A stretch of DNA of 64,000 nt from contig CAVTHS010000010.1 in NCBI GenBank assembly GCA_963734535.1, positions 301,804 through 365,803 of the forward strand, given 5' to 3'. Shown here piece after piece: positions 10,148-19,994 of the stretch. The notes under the pieces were generated by a model. The model was not told where the DNA came from and did not search any database. It worked only from the letters and a program-made list of their open reading frames with translations. The DNA is from an uncultured Chloroflexia bacterium. Its GTDB lineage: Bacteria > Chloroflexota > Limnocylindria > Limnocylindrales > CSP1-4. Numbering within the stretch: position 1 is the stretch's first letter; every line of letters starts with the position of its first letter. Made by a program: the position numbers and the translations under genes.

Positions 10148-11116
10148 ATGCGCACGCCCGGACTCTTCACGCGGTATGCGGGGAACCCGATCCTGAGCGC
10201 CGCCGACATGCCCTACCGGGCGAACACCGTCTTCAACGCCGCGGCGGCCGGGATCGACGGCGAGAGCCTCCTTCTCATGCGCGTCGAGGACCTCCGGGGC
10301 ATCTCGCACCTGACCGTCGCGCGCAGCGACGACGGCCGAACCGGCTGGCGCATCGACCCCGAGCCCACGCTGATGCCGGATCCCGATCATCACCCGGAGG
10401 AGGTCTGGGGAATCGAGGATCCCCGCATCACCTGGCTGCCCGAGCGAGACGAGTGGGCCATCGCGTACACCGCATTCAGCCGGCGTGGGCCGCTGGTGTC
10501 GCTCGCTGTGACACGCGACTTCCGGCATTTCCACCGTCTCGGCCCGGCGATGCCGCCCGAGGACAAGGACGCCGCGCTCTTCCCGCGCAGGATCGATGGC
10601 CGCTGGGCCCTCATCCATCGCCCGACGCCGCTCGCCGGCCCCGCCCACGTCTGGCTTGCATTCTCGCCCGACCTGCGCCACTGGGGCGACCACACGCTCC
10701 TCTTGCCCGCGCGCGAAGGCGCCTGGTGGGACGCCGGAAAGATCGGGCTGGGACCGCCACCCCTGGAGACGCCCGAGGGATGGCTGATGCTCTACCACGG
10801 TGTCCGCTCAACGGCGAGCGGCTCGCTCTATCGGGCGGGCCTCGCGCTCCTCGACCTCGAGGATCCGCGCCATGTCCTCCACCGAACGGACGAGTGGGTG
10901 TTCGGGCCGCAGGACTCCTATGAGCAGACCGGCGACGTCGGAGGCGTCGTCTTCCCTTGCGGCTGGATCCACGACCCGATCACGGATGAGGTCCGGGTCT
11001 ACTACGGCGCGGCCGACTCAGCGATCGCGCTCGCAACGGCGACCCTCGCGGACCTCGTTGCATATGTCCGATCCTGCCCGCGGCCCGAGCACCGGCGGGT
11101 GGCCGAACGGCGCTGA
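10148..11116 (+). CDS. Glycoside hydrolase family 130 (mannoside phosphorylase-like)
   Basis: NPIL, VFNAAA, GIEDPRIT, DKDAALFP, IHRP, YHGV, GVVFPCG, YYGAAD motifs. Confidence 0.92.
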   Translation: MRTPGLFTRYAGNPILSAADMPYRANTVFNAAAAGIDGESLLLMRVEDLRGISHLTVARSDDGRTGWRIDPEPTLMPDPDHHPEEVWGIEDPRITWLPERDEWAIAYTAFSRRGPLVSLAVTRDFRHFHRLGPAMPPEDKDAALFPRRIDGRWALIHRPTPLAGPAHVWLAFSPDLRHWGDHTLLLPAREGAWWDAGKIGLGPPPLETPEGWLMLYHGVRSTASGSLYRAGLALLDLEDPRHVLHRTDEWVFGPQDSYEQTGDVGGVVFPCGWIHDPITDEVRVYYGAADSAIALATATLADLVAYVRSCPRPEHRRVAERR

Positions 11117-13482
11117 CGGAGCTCGCGCACCCGCTCGACCGAGAGGAGCCAGGCCAGCGTTGACTCGGCTCCCTGGTTCGGGTTCGCCCCGCTTGGCGCC
11201 AGGCCATCCCGACAGCCGCCCGTGCCCGGGTCGGCCAGCCAGATCCCGAGGTCGTTGGCGCCCAGGAACCAGCCCAGCGCTCGTTCGGCAGTGACCGCCC
11301 AGTGGTCGTCCCGGGTCGCATCCCACGCGAGCGCGGCCGCGGAGACGATCGAAGCGGGCTCGATCGGCTGCTGATCCCACGCGGCGGTCCGCGACCCGCG
11401 CGACCACCACCCGAGGTTGCCGATCGGCCGAATCCAACCGCCGGTTGTCGTCTCGGCCTCGACAAGCCAGGTCAGGACCTCGAGACCGAGGTCGACGGTC
11501 GCCGGACGGCCGAGCGCCGTCCCGGCCGCGATGAGCGCCTCCGGCAGGGCTCCGTTGTCATAGGTACAGCGCTCCTCCGGCCACGGCCAGCCCGGGTCGG
11601 CCCATGCGGCGCGCCGGATCGAGGTCTCGAGCAAGAACGCGAGCGGTTCCAGGTGTTCGGCCGCCATCGCCGCGGAGTCGGGGTCGGCGAGGGCCGCGGC
11701 GCAACCCAGGATCGCGTAGGCGCGAGGGCGGGCCCAAACCAGGGCGCGCGCGGCCGGGAGCGCCGCGGCGAGGAGCCCACGCGCGGCGACGGTCATCGAC
11801 CGGTCGGGGCACCGGGCCACGGCCTCTCCCAGCGCGTGGATGGCCCGTCCGTGCGCGTCCTCGGAACCGACCTCGTCGAGCCAGGTCCCGTCCTGGGCCC
11901 GAAAGTTCCGGAATCGACCACGAGCCGGGTTGAAGGCCGCATCCAGGACCGCGAGGTCGTGACGGATCGCTACAGCCACCGACGCCCCGGGGTCGACCTC
12001 CCCGTGCCGAAGGTCCACGCGGAGCATGCGAGCCACGTCGTCCGTGCAGGACCCGTCCCGCGGATCCGGCAACCGGCCGTTGGCGAACTGGTGGATCCCG
12101 ATCGCGGTCCGGAGCTCGTCGAGGTGCCGGCGCGCCAGTGGCAGGTCAACCGGCGTCTGCGCCCGAGTCGCAGCCATGCGGTGCGCCGGGTGCCCGGCGT
12201 GCGCCGCCGTCGGGGCGGCCCGGGACCCGGCAGACGGGTCCGGCCACGGGTGCTCAACGGTCGCGGCCTCGTCCACGGCCCGCGCGAACAACCGGGTGTA
12301 CTCGAGCGCCACATTCGGCCACAGCATGGAGCGCCCAAGTTCGCGGCCCCGCCGGCGAAGCGTTTCGCGCACCTCGTCGTCGGTCAGGATGGACGCGAGC
12401 GCGCTGGACAGCGCAGCGGGGTCCTCGAATGGGACCAGCACGCCGCGGCCGTCCCGAAGCAGCTCGCACGCGTGTGCGTATGGGGTCGATATGACGGCGG
12501 CTCCAGCCGCGAGCGCGTAGGCGAGCGTGCCGGACGACATCTGCTGCGCGTCCCGGTACGGGGTCACGAACACGTCGGCGGCCACGAGCCAGGCCGCAAG
12601 CTCCGGGTCGCCCAGGTATCGGTCCACGAAGCGCACCCGGTTGGCGAGCCCGAGCTCGCAGGCGAGCTCGCGGAGATCATCGCGGTAGCGTTCGCCGGAC
12701 TGGCGCCGGACCTCGGGGTGCGTGGCGCCGACGACGGCGACCGTTGCGTCAGGCACCTGGTCCACGATCCGGTGCACGGCATCCAGGATGAGCTCGATGT
12801 TCTTCGACGGGCCGAGCAGCCCGAAGGTCAGGATGACCTTGGCGCCATCGAGCCCGAGCTCTGCGCGCACGCGGGATCGTTCGACGCCACTGAAGTCCGG
12901 GACGCCGTGCGGGACCACCGCAACCCGATCGCCGTCGGCGCCATACCGCTCCACCAGGACGGAGCGCCCGCGTTCGCTGATCGTGACGAGCGTCGCCGAG
13001 CGAGCGGCGAGATCGCGGACGATCCGGGCCTGGCCTGCGGTGGGCCGGGCGAGAATCGTATGAAGGGTGGTCACGAGCGGGATGGACAGACGATCGACGA
13101 GGTCCAGGACGTGGCGCCCATTGGGACCGCCGAACAGCCCGAACTCGTGCTGCAGGCAGAGGACCTCTGCGCCATCGGCGACCAGGTCCATCGCCAGGCG
13201 GCGATACGCGCCCCGATCGTCGGCCCGCAGCCGGTATCGGACCTCGGGCGGGTAGACAGGCGCGTCGACCGCCGGATCCAGGGCCGCAACGCTGATGGGA
13301 GCGTGGGGACCGGCGCTTGAGCGGAGTCCCTCCACCAGGTCACGCGCGAATGTCGCGATCCCGCACTGGCGCGGGACATAGGTCGACAGGACGACGATGC
13401 GGGGCAGCCGGGCGGCCTTCGCCTGCCGTGCCCCGGTTGCGCCGGTCGGCCATCGACCAGGGCTCGTCCCGATCGCGTCCAT
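11002..13482 (-). CDS. GT4 glycosyltransferase fused to a C-terminal six-hairpin glycosidase-like domain
   Basis: STYVPRQCGIATF, QHEFGLFGG, TFGLLGPSKNIE, SSGTLAYA; C-terminal CTDDVAR, SEDAHGR, YDNG, DQQPIE, NQGAESTLAW. Confidence 0.88.
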   Translation of the reverse strand: MDAIGTSPGRWPTGATGARQAKAARLPRIVVLSTYVPRQCGIATFARDLVEGLRSSAGPHAPISVAALDPAVDAPVYPPEVRYRLRADDRGAYRRLAMDLVADGAEVLCLQHEFGLFGGPNGRHVLDLVDRLSIPLVTTLHTILARPTAGQARIVRDLAARSATLVTISERGRSVLVERYGADGDRVAVVPHGVPDFSGVERSRVRAELGLDGAKVILTFGLLGPSKNIELILDAVHRIVDQVPDATVAVVGATHPEVRRQSGERYRDDLRELACELGLANRVRFVDRYLGDPELAAWLVAADVFVTPYRDAQQMSSGTLAYALAAGAAVISTPYAHACELLRDGRGVLVPFEDPAALSSALASILTDDEVRETLRRRGRELGRSMLWPNVALEYTRLFARAVDEAATVEHPWPDPSAGSRAAPTAAHAGHPAHRMAATRAQTPVDLPLARRHLDELRTAIGIHQFANGRLPDPRDGSCTDDVARMLRVDLRHGEVDPGASVAVAIRHDLAVLDAAFNPARGRFRNFRAQDGTWLDEVGSEDAHGRAIHALGEAVARCPDRSMTVAARGLLAAALPAARALVWARPRAYAILGCAAALADPDSAAMAAEHLEPLAFLLETSIRRAAWADPGWPWPEERCTYDNGALPEALIAAGTALGRPATVDLGLEVLTWLVEAETTTGGWIRPIGNLGWWSRGSRTAAWDQQPIEPASIVSAAALAWDATRDDHWAVTAERALGWFLGANDLGIWLADPGTGGCRDGLAPSGANPNQGAESTLAWLLSVERVRELRQRRSATRRCSGRGQDRTYATRSARVAVASAIAESAAP

Positions 13483-13858
13483 CCGCCATCTCCTCGCACG
13501 CCTTCGCGGTTCGGAAGGCGTGGCGTGGTCGGCGAAGTCAGCGAGTTCGAACCGGGCTCTGGTCCGAGACGGGAGTGCGCCGAGCGCCGCGCTTGGGCCC
13601 TCAACAGAGAAGGCCGGGCGGAGGTGTAGCGCCCGGCCACAGGGCACGCGGGCGGGGTGACCCCGCTTCACGCTGCCGGCTGCATCCAGCCGTACCGATG
13701 GCCAATGCCGGATTTCATTATCCCACCGGGTGGAAGGGCAGGACCCGGGACCGGGACGTGTCGGGGCCGGGGACCTGTCGCGGCAGCGGACCTTCTGGCG
13801 CCGTGCCGACCCCGGCGAACCTGGTCGCGTAACTGGTCGATGAGGCGCCATCGTCATC

Positions 13859-14521
13859 ATGGCCTTCGTGGGAACGCGAAGCAGCGCCGCATCGTTGGGC
13901 GCCGATCGGGCACGACGACTCGTGGGCGAGCTGACCACGGAGCTGCGGCGCGCGCGCATCGATCGCTGTCTCAGCCAGGTCGAGGTCGGGCGTGCCGTTG
14001 GGTTGGGCGGGACCCAGGTGTGCCGAATCGAGCGCGGCCAATCGCCCGGAGTCTCGATCGTCGTGCTCTGCCGTCTCCTCGCGGCGGTCGGGCTCGAGCT
14101 GTCCGCGCGCGCCTACCCTGCCGGGGAGCCCATCCGCGACCGCGCCCACGCGGCCGTGCTCGGCCGGTTCCGAGCTCGCCTGCACGGCTCGCTCCGCTGG
14201 CGCCTGGAGGTACCGTTCCCGATCCCCGGCGACCTCCGGGCATGGGACGGATACGTCGATGGCCGGGGCTGGCGGGTCGGAGTCGAGGCCGAGACGCGAC
14301 CGGGTGATCTCCAGGCGCTCCAGCGACGCCTGGCACTCAAGCTGCGGGACGGCGGAGTCGACGCGCTGATCCTGCTGCTGTCCGACACGCGCCACAACCG
14401 CGAGCTCCTGCGTGCTCATGGGGACGAGCTCGTGGAGCGATTCCCTGTCCCGGGGCGCCGCGCGGTGGAGCTCCTCGCGGCCGGAGTCAGTCCGGGCGGA
14501 AACGCGATCGTCCTGCTGTGA
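13859..14521 (+). CDS. XRE-family HTH protein with C-terminal PD-(D/E)xK-like nuclease fold
   Basis: LRRARIDRCLSQVEVGRAVG...CRIERG HTH; then WRLEVP...RAWD...VGVEAETR endonuclease-like core. Confidence 0.75.
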   Translation: MAFVGTRSSAASLGADRARRLVGELTTELRRARIDRCLSQVEVGRAVGLGGTQVCRIERGQSPGVSIVVLCRLLAAVGLELSARAYPAGEPIRDRAHAAVLGRFRARLHGSLRWRLEVPFPIPGDLRAWDGYVDGRGWRVGVEAETRPGDLQALQRRLALKLRDGGVDALILLLSDTRHNRELLRAHGDELVERFPVPGRRAVELLAAGVSPGGNAIVLL

Positions 14522-14572
14522 GATGCCCTGATCGTGGTGCCAGGCCCCGGTGCACGGCCAATGGCGCCGGGC

Positions 14573-14680
14573 GCCTTGCGGCCGTAGGTGCCCTGCGGCC
14601 GCGGTGCCTTGCGGCCGCGGTGCCTTGCGGCCGCGGTGCCTTGCGGCCGCGGTGCCTTGCGGCCGCGATCGCCTTGCGGC
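14573..14680 (+). repeat. 16-bp tandem repeat GCCTTGCGGCCGCGGT, about 6.6 copies
   Basis: Units start at 14573, 14590, 14606, 14622, 14638, 14654, 14671; three identical, ends degenerate; no spacers. Confidence 0.95.
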
Positions 14681-14936
14681 AAATGCATCATCCTGCTCGT
14701 CACGTAGCCCCAGGTCAGGCGAGGGCGTCAGGATCCTGCGCGTGGCGAAAGGATCTGCCCGATTCCACCTCCGTCGGGGCCGAAACCGCGCCGTCCGGCC
14801 CCCGACAGACGCCCCGGTGCCGGTCCTGTCGGTCGGAGCGTGCATCTGCCGCAGCGCTCGGTCGAATCCATGCGCCGGCTGCACCGAATCGACGAGTGGT
14901 CCAGCGAAACGGCAGGCAGTCTCGGCCTCGGCGCCT

Positions 14937-15353
14937 TTACTCCACGGGGACCAGGTGCACCGCGATCCCGTAGACCTCGCCGTCGCCGATGTCGCGCCGC
15001 GGGGCGATCGTGAGCCGCCACGACGACCCGCGCAGCGTGATGCGGCCCGCGAGGGGCCGGCCCTCGCGATAGGCGAGATCCATCAGCGCGAAGGCGGTTC
15101 GGGGCAGGTCGAGGAGCGCCTCGGCCGCCGGCAGCCCGACGATCCCCGCGCCGAAGAGCTCGCGGAACGGCGGGTTCCCGTGGACGACGACGTGGCCCCG
15201 GCCATAGAGAAGCCCGGCCGGGTGCTGGACCGGCGGACCGGTCCCGGCGCCCGCGGCAGCCGCGTCCCCGGCGATCGGCCCCGCGCCGTCCGGGGCGGCG
15301 GCGCCTCCCGCGGCACCCGCGTCTCCGGCGTTCGGCCCCGCGCCGTCCGCCAT
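14937..15353 (-). CDS. Small PAS-fold-like protein downstream of rpoD
   Basis: Ala/Gly N-terminal tail then [16 protein letters not shown]...[11 protein letters not shown]...YREG...VYGIAVH, PAS_4-like pattern. Confidence 0.6.
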   Translation of the reverse strand: MADGAGPNAGDAGAAGGAAAPDGAGPIAGDAAAAGAGTGPPVQHPAGLLYGRGHVVVHGNPPFRELFGAGIVGLPAAEALLDLPRTAFALMDLAYREGRPLAGRITLRGSSWRLTIAPRRDIGDGEVYGIAVHLVPVE

Positions 15354-15367
15354 CTCCGCCTGCTCCC

Positions 15368-17106
15368 CTATTCCAGGTAGTCCTTGAGCTTGCGCGAGCG
15401 GGACGGGTGGCGCAGCTTGCGGAGTGCCTTCGCCTCGATCTGGCGAATCCGCTCGCGGGTGACGTTGAACTCCTTGCCGACCTCCTCGAGGGTGCGGGCG
15501 CGCCCATCCTCCAGGCCGAAGCGGAGCTGCAGGACCCGACGCTCGCGGCCGGTCAGCGAATCGAGCACCGCCTCCACCTGCTCCTTGAGGAGCTGGTGCG
15601 ACGCAGCCTCGGCCGGGGCCAGCGCACCCGCGATCCTCGATGAAGTCGCCGAGATGGGAGTCCTCCTCCTCGCCGATCGGGGTCTCCAGCGAGACCGGCT
15701 CCTGGCTGACCTTGATGATCTCGCGGACCTTCTCCGGGGTGACCACGACCTCCTGGCCCTTGGACATCGCCTCGGCGATCTCCTCGACCGTCGGCTCGCG
15801 GCCCAGCTCCTGGAGCAGCTGCCGCGAGACGCGGATGAGCCGGTTGATCGTCTCCACCATGTGGACCGGGATCCGGATGGTGCGGGCCTGGTCGGCGATG
15901 GCACGGGTGATCGCCTGCCGGATCCACCACGTGGCGTACGTGGAGAACTTGAAGCCCTTCTCGTAGTCGAACTTCTCGACCGCCCGGATCAGGCCGATGT
16001 TCCCCTCCTGGATCAGGTCCAGGAAGCTCATCCCGCGGCCGATGTACTTCTTCGCGATGGACACGACCAGGCGCAGGTTCGCCGACGTCAGCTGCTCGCG
16101 CGCGTCGCGGCCGATCCGCACGATCTCGCCCTTGCGGTGGGCGAGCTTCGTGTTGAGCGGGACCTCCGGGTCGTAGCCCATGCGCTTGAGCAGGTCGGCA
16201 TCGTGGCCGCCCATGACCCAGCGCTCGAGCGCCGGGAAGGCAACCTCGTCGCGGGTCCAGTCGTAGATCGCCCGCAGGCCCACGTTGTCGCGCGAGTCGA
16301 GGTCCCCGTTGTGGACCGCCAGGTAGGCCCAGTCGAGCAGGGTGACGAACGAATCCGCGTCCAGCTTCTCGGCGTACTCGCCCAGGTGACGGCGCGCCTC
16401 CTTGAGGCGCTCCTTGGTGCCCTCCGACGCGACGTCGCGGCCGGCCTTGACCAGGTGGAAGTCCGGGTGCGGCACAAGGAGGTCCGCGGCGCCCTCGTCG
16501 GCGAGCGCCACGCGCACCATCAGGTGCGCCTCGTCGCCGAGCGGCAGGCGGTGCTGCGGCTTCGCGGTCCGGGTCTTGCGCTCGGTGTCGTGGAGCGTCC
16601 ACTCGTGGAGGCTGACGATCGCCTTCGCGGGGGCCTCGACCATCCATTCGCCGAGCTCGATCGCCTTGGCCAGGACGATCTCCTCCTCGGCGGTCAGGAG
16701 GGCCACCTTTCCGATCTCCTTGAGGTACATGCGGACCGGGTCGTCGATCCCGATCATGTCGGCCGAGAGCGCCTCGAGCTCCTCCGCGGTGGGCTCCTCG
16801 AGCACCTTCGGGTCGAGCTTCGCGGGCACCTCCGGCACGGGCGCGTCCGCCGGCAAGCTCCGAGGACGCATCCCCGTTCCCGCCGGCAAGGTCGTCGTCG
16901 GCCACGACCAGCTCCGGGAGGCCCGGCTCCGCGCCGAGGTCCAGGTCGTCGTCCTCGTCCGCTTCGGGCACGATGACGGCGACCGCGCCGGCCGCCTTGC
17001 TCGCGGCATTGACGGCCTTCACCTCGGCGGCGGCGGCGCGGCGTCGGCGCGGGCTGGCGGCAAGCACCGCCTCCACCAGCTGGCGGTCCATGGGATCCTG
17101 GGTCAC
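15368..17106 (-). CDS. rpoD: Primary sigma-70 factor (frameshifts near 16860 and 15630)
   Basis: [94 protein letters not shown]; GTG overlaps dnaG stop. Confidence 0.96.
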
Positions 17107-19124
17107 GATCGTCCTCCTGCGGCGCGGGCTGCGGCCGGGCGGTTGAGCAGGCTTGCCTGCTCCATCCGCCGCTGCAGCGATCTACGGGTCTCGTTGTGGT
17201 GTTGTTCGTCGGTCATGAGGCGCTCGATGGTCGGTCGGTCGTTCGCCCGCTCGGCCTCGCCGAGCTCCACGCGGGTCCAGCGGGTTCGCTCCTCCAGCCT
17301 GTCGAGCTCCAGGCGGAGCAGGCACTGCTCGATCCCCTGTGACGCGACGCGGAGATCCGTGGTGCCGGCATCCGTGCCCGCGTCGCGCCGCTCGAGGAGC
17401 GCGACGAGGAGCGCCTGCGTCTCCGGATCCGCCGCGAGGCGGGCGAAGACACGCTCGGTCGTGTAGGGCGGATCCTCCCGGAGCGCGAGCATCGCGGTCC
17501 AGAGCTCGCGGGCCGGCTGGCTCGGCAGGTCGGCCGGGGCAAGCCGTTCGGCCGTGGCCCCCTGCGTCTCGGGGACCGAGAGGAGAAAGCGGAGCAGGTC
17601 GCGCTCCACCGGGTCGATGGCCCGGAGGACGGCCTTCGGATCGAATGCGTCGGGCGAGGCGAGCACCGATGCCGCCGAGATCCGGCCCTCGCCGGCCCCG
17701 GCCGATCCGCCGCGAGCGGCCTCGGGCGCGCGGTGCAGCGACTCGAGGAGCACGCGCTCCTCCACGCCCGACACCTGGCGGAGCTGCTGGAGGTAGCCGT
17801 CGCGGAGGACCGGGTTCCGGACCGTTCGAAGCGTGGGAAGGATCGCGTCGATGAAACGCGCCCGACCGCCGGTGGTGCGCAGGTCGGCCGATCGGGCATG
17901 GAACTCGATCAGGTACTCCACGATCGGCGCGGCCGTGCGGATCGCCTCGCGCCACGTGTCGGGCGCGTCACGGATCACCTCGTCGGGATCCTTGCCGTCC
18001 GGCAGCCGGGCAACCCGGACCTCGTCGAGCTCCACGCCCGCGTCGGCCGCCGCGAGCTGGCGCGTCAGCTGCTCCAGGGCGGTCACTCCCAGGGTCCCGG
18101 CACGCTCCCCCGCCGGATCAACGTCGTAGGCAAGCACGATCTTCTTCGCGGCGTAGCGGGTCAGCAGGGCCACCTGGCCCGGCGTGAGCGCGGTGCCCAG
18201 GCTGGCGACCACGTTGTCGAAACCGGCCTGGTGAGCCATGAGCGCGTCCGTGTATCCCTCCACGATCACCGCGATCCCCGACTTCCGGATGGCCGCCTTG
18301 GCGCGGTCCAGCGGGTAGAGCGTGCGGCTCTTGTCGAAGACCGGCGTCGCCGGGGAGTTGAGGTACTTCGGGCCGTCGGGATCCGGGGCGGGCTGGGCGG
18401 CGCGGGCAGGCTCGCCGGCCGCGGGCTGGTTACCGGCGTCCCCAGCGGTCCCGGCCGTCGGCGGCGGCGCCGGCAGGATGCGACCGCCGATGCCCGTGGC
18501 ATTGCCCGTCGCGTCGCGGATCGGGAAGAGGACCCGGCCCCGGAAGCGGTCGTAGACGCCCCGCCCGCTCCGGCGCGGCATCGCGAGGCCAACCTCGGTC
18601 AGCTCGGCCGCGCCGATCTGGCGCTTGCGCTCCAACGTGCGGACCAGGGCGTCCCAGTCCGGCGGCGCGAAGCCAAGCTGGGCGCGCTCGATCGACTCGT
18701 CGGTGAAGCCGCGGCCGCGCAGGTAGGCGAGCGCCGCGGCGCCCGTCTCGCTGTTCATCAGGACCGCGTGGTAGAAGGCGAACGAGGTGTCGAGGACCTC
18801 GTGGAGGCGCTTGCGGTGGGCATCCTCGCGGGAGGTCCGCTCGTCGATCTCCACCCCGGCGCGCTGCGCGAGCCGGCGGAGCGCCTCGGGGAAGGCGATC
18901 CCGTCGCGGCGCATGACGAACGAGAAGATGTCGCCGCCCTCGCCGCAGCCGAAGCAGTGCCACGTCTCGCGGGCAGGCGTCACGATGAAGCTGGGCGTCT
19001 TCTCGCCGTGGAACGGGCAGAGACCCTTGAGCGTGGTGCCGGCCTTCTTCAGCTGCACGGTCTCGCCGACCACGTCGACGACCGTGAGCTTGCTCTTGAC
19101 TTCCGCAGCGACCCCGACGGCCAA
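17103..19124 (-). CDS. dnaG: DNA primase
   Basis: CPFHGEKTPSF...CFGC zinc finger, YDRFRGR, PKYLNSP, VEGYTD, SLGTALT, YDVDPAG, KDPDE; TTG after GAGGAGG. Confidence 0.97.
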   Translation of the reverse strand: MAVGVAAEVKSKLTVVDVVGETVQLKKAGTTLKGLCPFHGEKTPSFIVTPARETWHCFGCGEGGDIFSFVMRRDGIAFPEALRRLAQRAGVEIDERTSREDAHRKRLHEVLDTSFAFYHAVLMNSETGAAALAYLRGRGFTDESIERAQLGFAPPDWDALVRTLERKRQIGAAELTEVGLAMPRRSGRGVYDRFRGRVLFPIRDATGNATGIGGRILPAPPPTAGTAGDAGNQPAAGEPARAAQPAPDPDGPKYLNSPATPVFDKSRTLYPLDRAKAAIRKSGIAVIVEGYTDALMAHQAGFDNVVASLGTALTPGQVALLTRYAAKKIVLAYDVDPAGERAGTLGVTALEQLTRQLAAADAGVELDEVRVARLPDGKDPDEVIRDAPDTWREAIRTAAPIVEYLIEFHARSADLRTTGGRARFIDAILPTLRTVRNPVLRDGYLQQLRQVSGVEERVLLESLHRAPEAARGGSAGAGEGRISAASVLASPDAFDPKAVLRAIDPVERDLLRFLLSVPETQGATAERLAPADLPSQPARELWTAMLALREDPPYTTERVFARLAADPETQALLVALLERRDAGTDAGTTDLRVASQGIEQCLLRLELDRLEERTRWTRVELGEAERANDRPTIERLMTDEQHHNETRRSLQRRMEQASLLNRPAAARAAGGRS

Positions 19125-19247
19125 CCTGCCTCCTCGCCCTTCTGCCGTGCCGGCTGAGCTCGTCTGTGCTGCTCGCCTCGCCCGCGAGCGCCGACAGCCG
19201 GACACCGAAACGGCGTGTCAAGCCTTGACACGCCCTTCTCTGTCGAG

Positions 19248-19276
19248 ATTGTGCGCGTCGATGACTCGCTTGTCAA
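19248..19276 (-). promoter_or_regulatory. Sigma-70 promoter for dnaG-rpoD
   Basis: Minus strand TTGACA (19276-19271), 17-nt spacer, CACAAT (19253-19248). Confidence 0.6.
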
Positions 19277-19468
19277 GGGGTTGTCAATACCCCTGGGGAG
19301 TACCGCGGAGTGCGGGTGGTGGCATCCTCGATGTGTCCGCTGGACCCTGACATGCCCGTGTCCTGCCGACAGGGGGTTGTTCGAGGTTGCCGAACCCGAG
19401 GGGGGAGTTGCCGCGGCGACTGTTCGCCGTCACGATGCGACGGTCGTGAGCACCATCGAGGAGGGGTG

Positions 19469-19865
19469 ATGAGCGAGCGCCAGACGATCGACAACGTGCT
19501 CGCCGCCGCGCGGGATCGGATCAAGCGGCTCGAACCCGAAGCCGCCCATCGAGCGATGGCCGACGGCGCGCTCCTGATCGACACGCGCTGCGCCGAGGAC
19601 CGCCGGAAGACGGGGGTGATCCCCGGCTCCGTTCACGTCCCGCTCTCGGTCCTGTTCTGGCGCCTCGACCCGAGCTCGGGCTACGACGACCCGGCGCTGT
19701 CCGACCTCGCGCGCCCGGTCGATTCTCATGTGCGCCCACGGCTACTCGTCCAGCATCGCCGCTGCGACGCTGGTCGACCTCGGGTTCGCGAGCGTCGGTG
19801 ATGTGATCGGCGGATTCGAGGCGTGGGCGGCCGCCGGGTTGCCGGTGCTGTCCGAGGGGCGCTGA
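19469..19865 (+). CDS. Single-domain rhodanese-like protein (frameshift near 19720)
   Basis: GALLIDTR, GVIPGS, WRLDP; after the shift CAHGYSS and DVIGGFEAWAAAGLPV; SD GAGGAGG. Confidence 0.85.
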
Positions 19866-19894
19866 GGCTCTCCGAGCCAGAGCCCGGCGCTACG

Positions 19895-19931
19895 CGTCGT
19901 CCTGCGGAGCGAAAACCCCGTAGTCCTGCGG
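19895..19931 (+). promoter_or_regulatory. Direct-repeat operator candidate upstream of the TusA/DsrE genes
   Basis: CGTCGTCCTGCGG (19895) and CGTAGTCCTGCGG (19919), followed by -10-like TACCGT (19956) and SD AGGAG. Confidence 0.5.
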
Positions 19932-19994
19932 TGGTTCGCCTCGCCCCGGCCGCCCTACCGTCCGGGCATCGGAGCGCACCGCAGGAGTCAGGAC

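Noticed and set aside
14573-14680. CRISPR array
   Set aside because: Units are 16 bp and contiguous, with no spacers and no cas genes.
14937-17009. RpoD-PAS fusion ORF
   Set aside because: Caused by a frameshift near 15630; region 4 is in another frame and ends at 15368.
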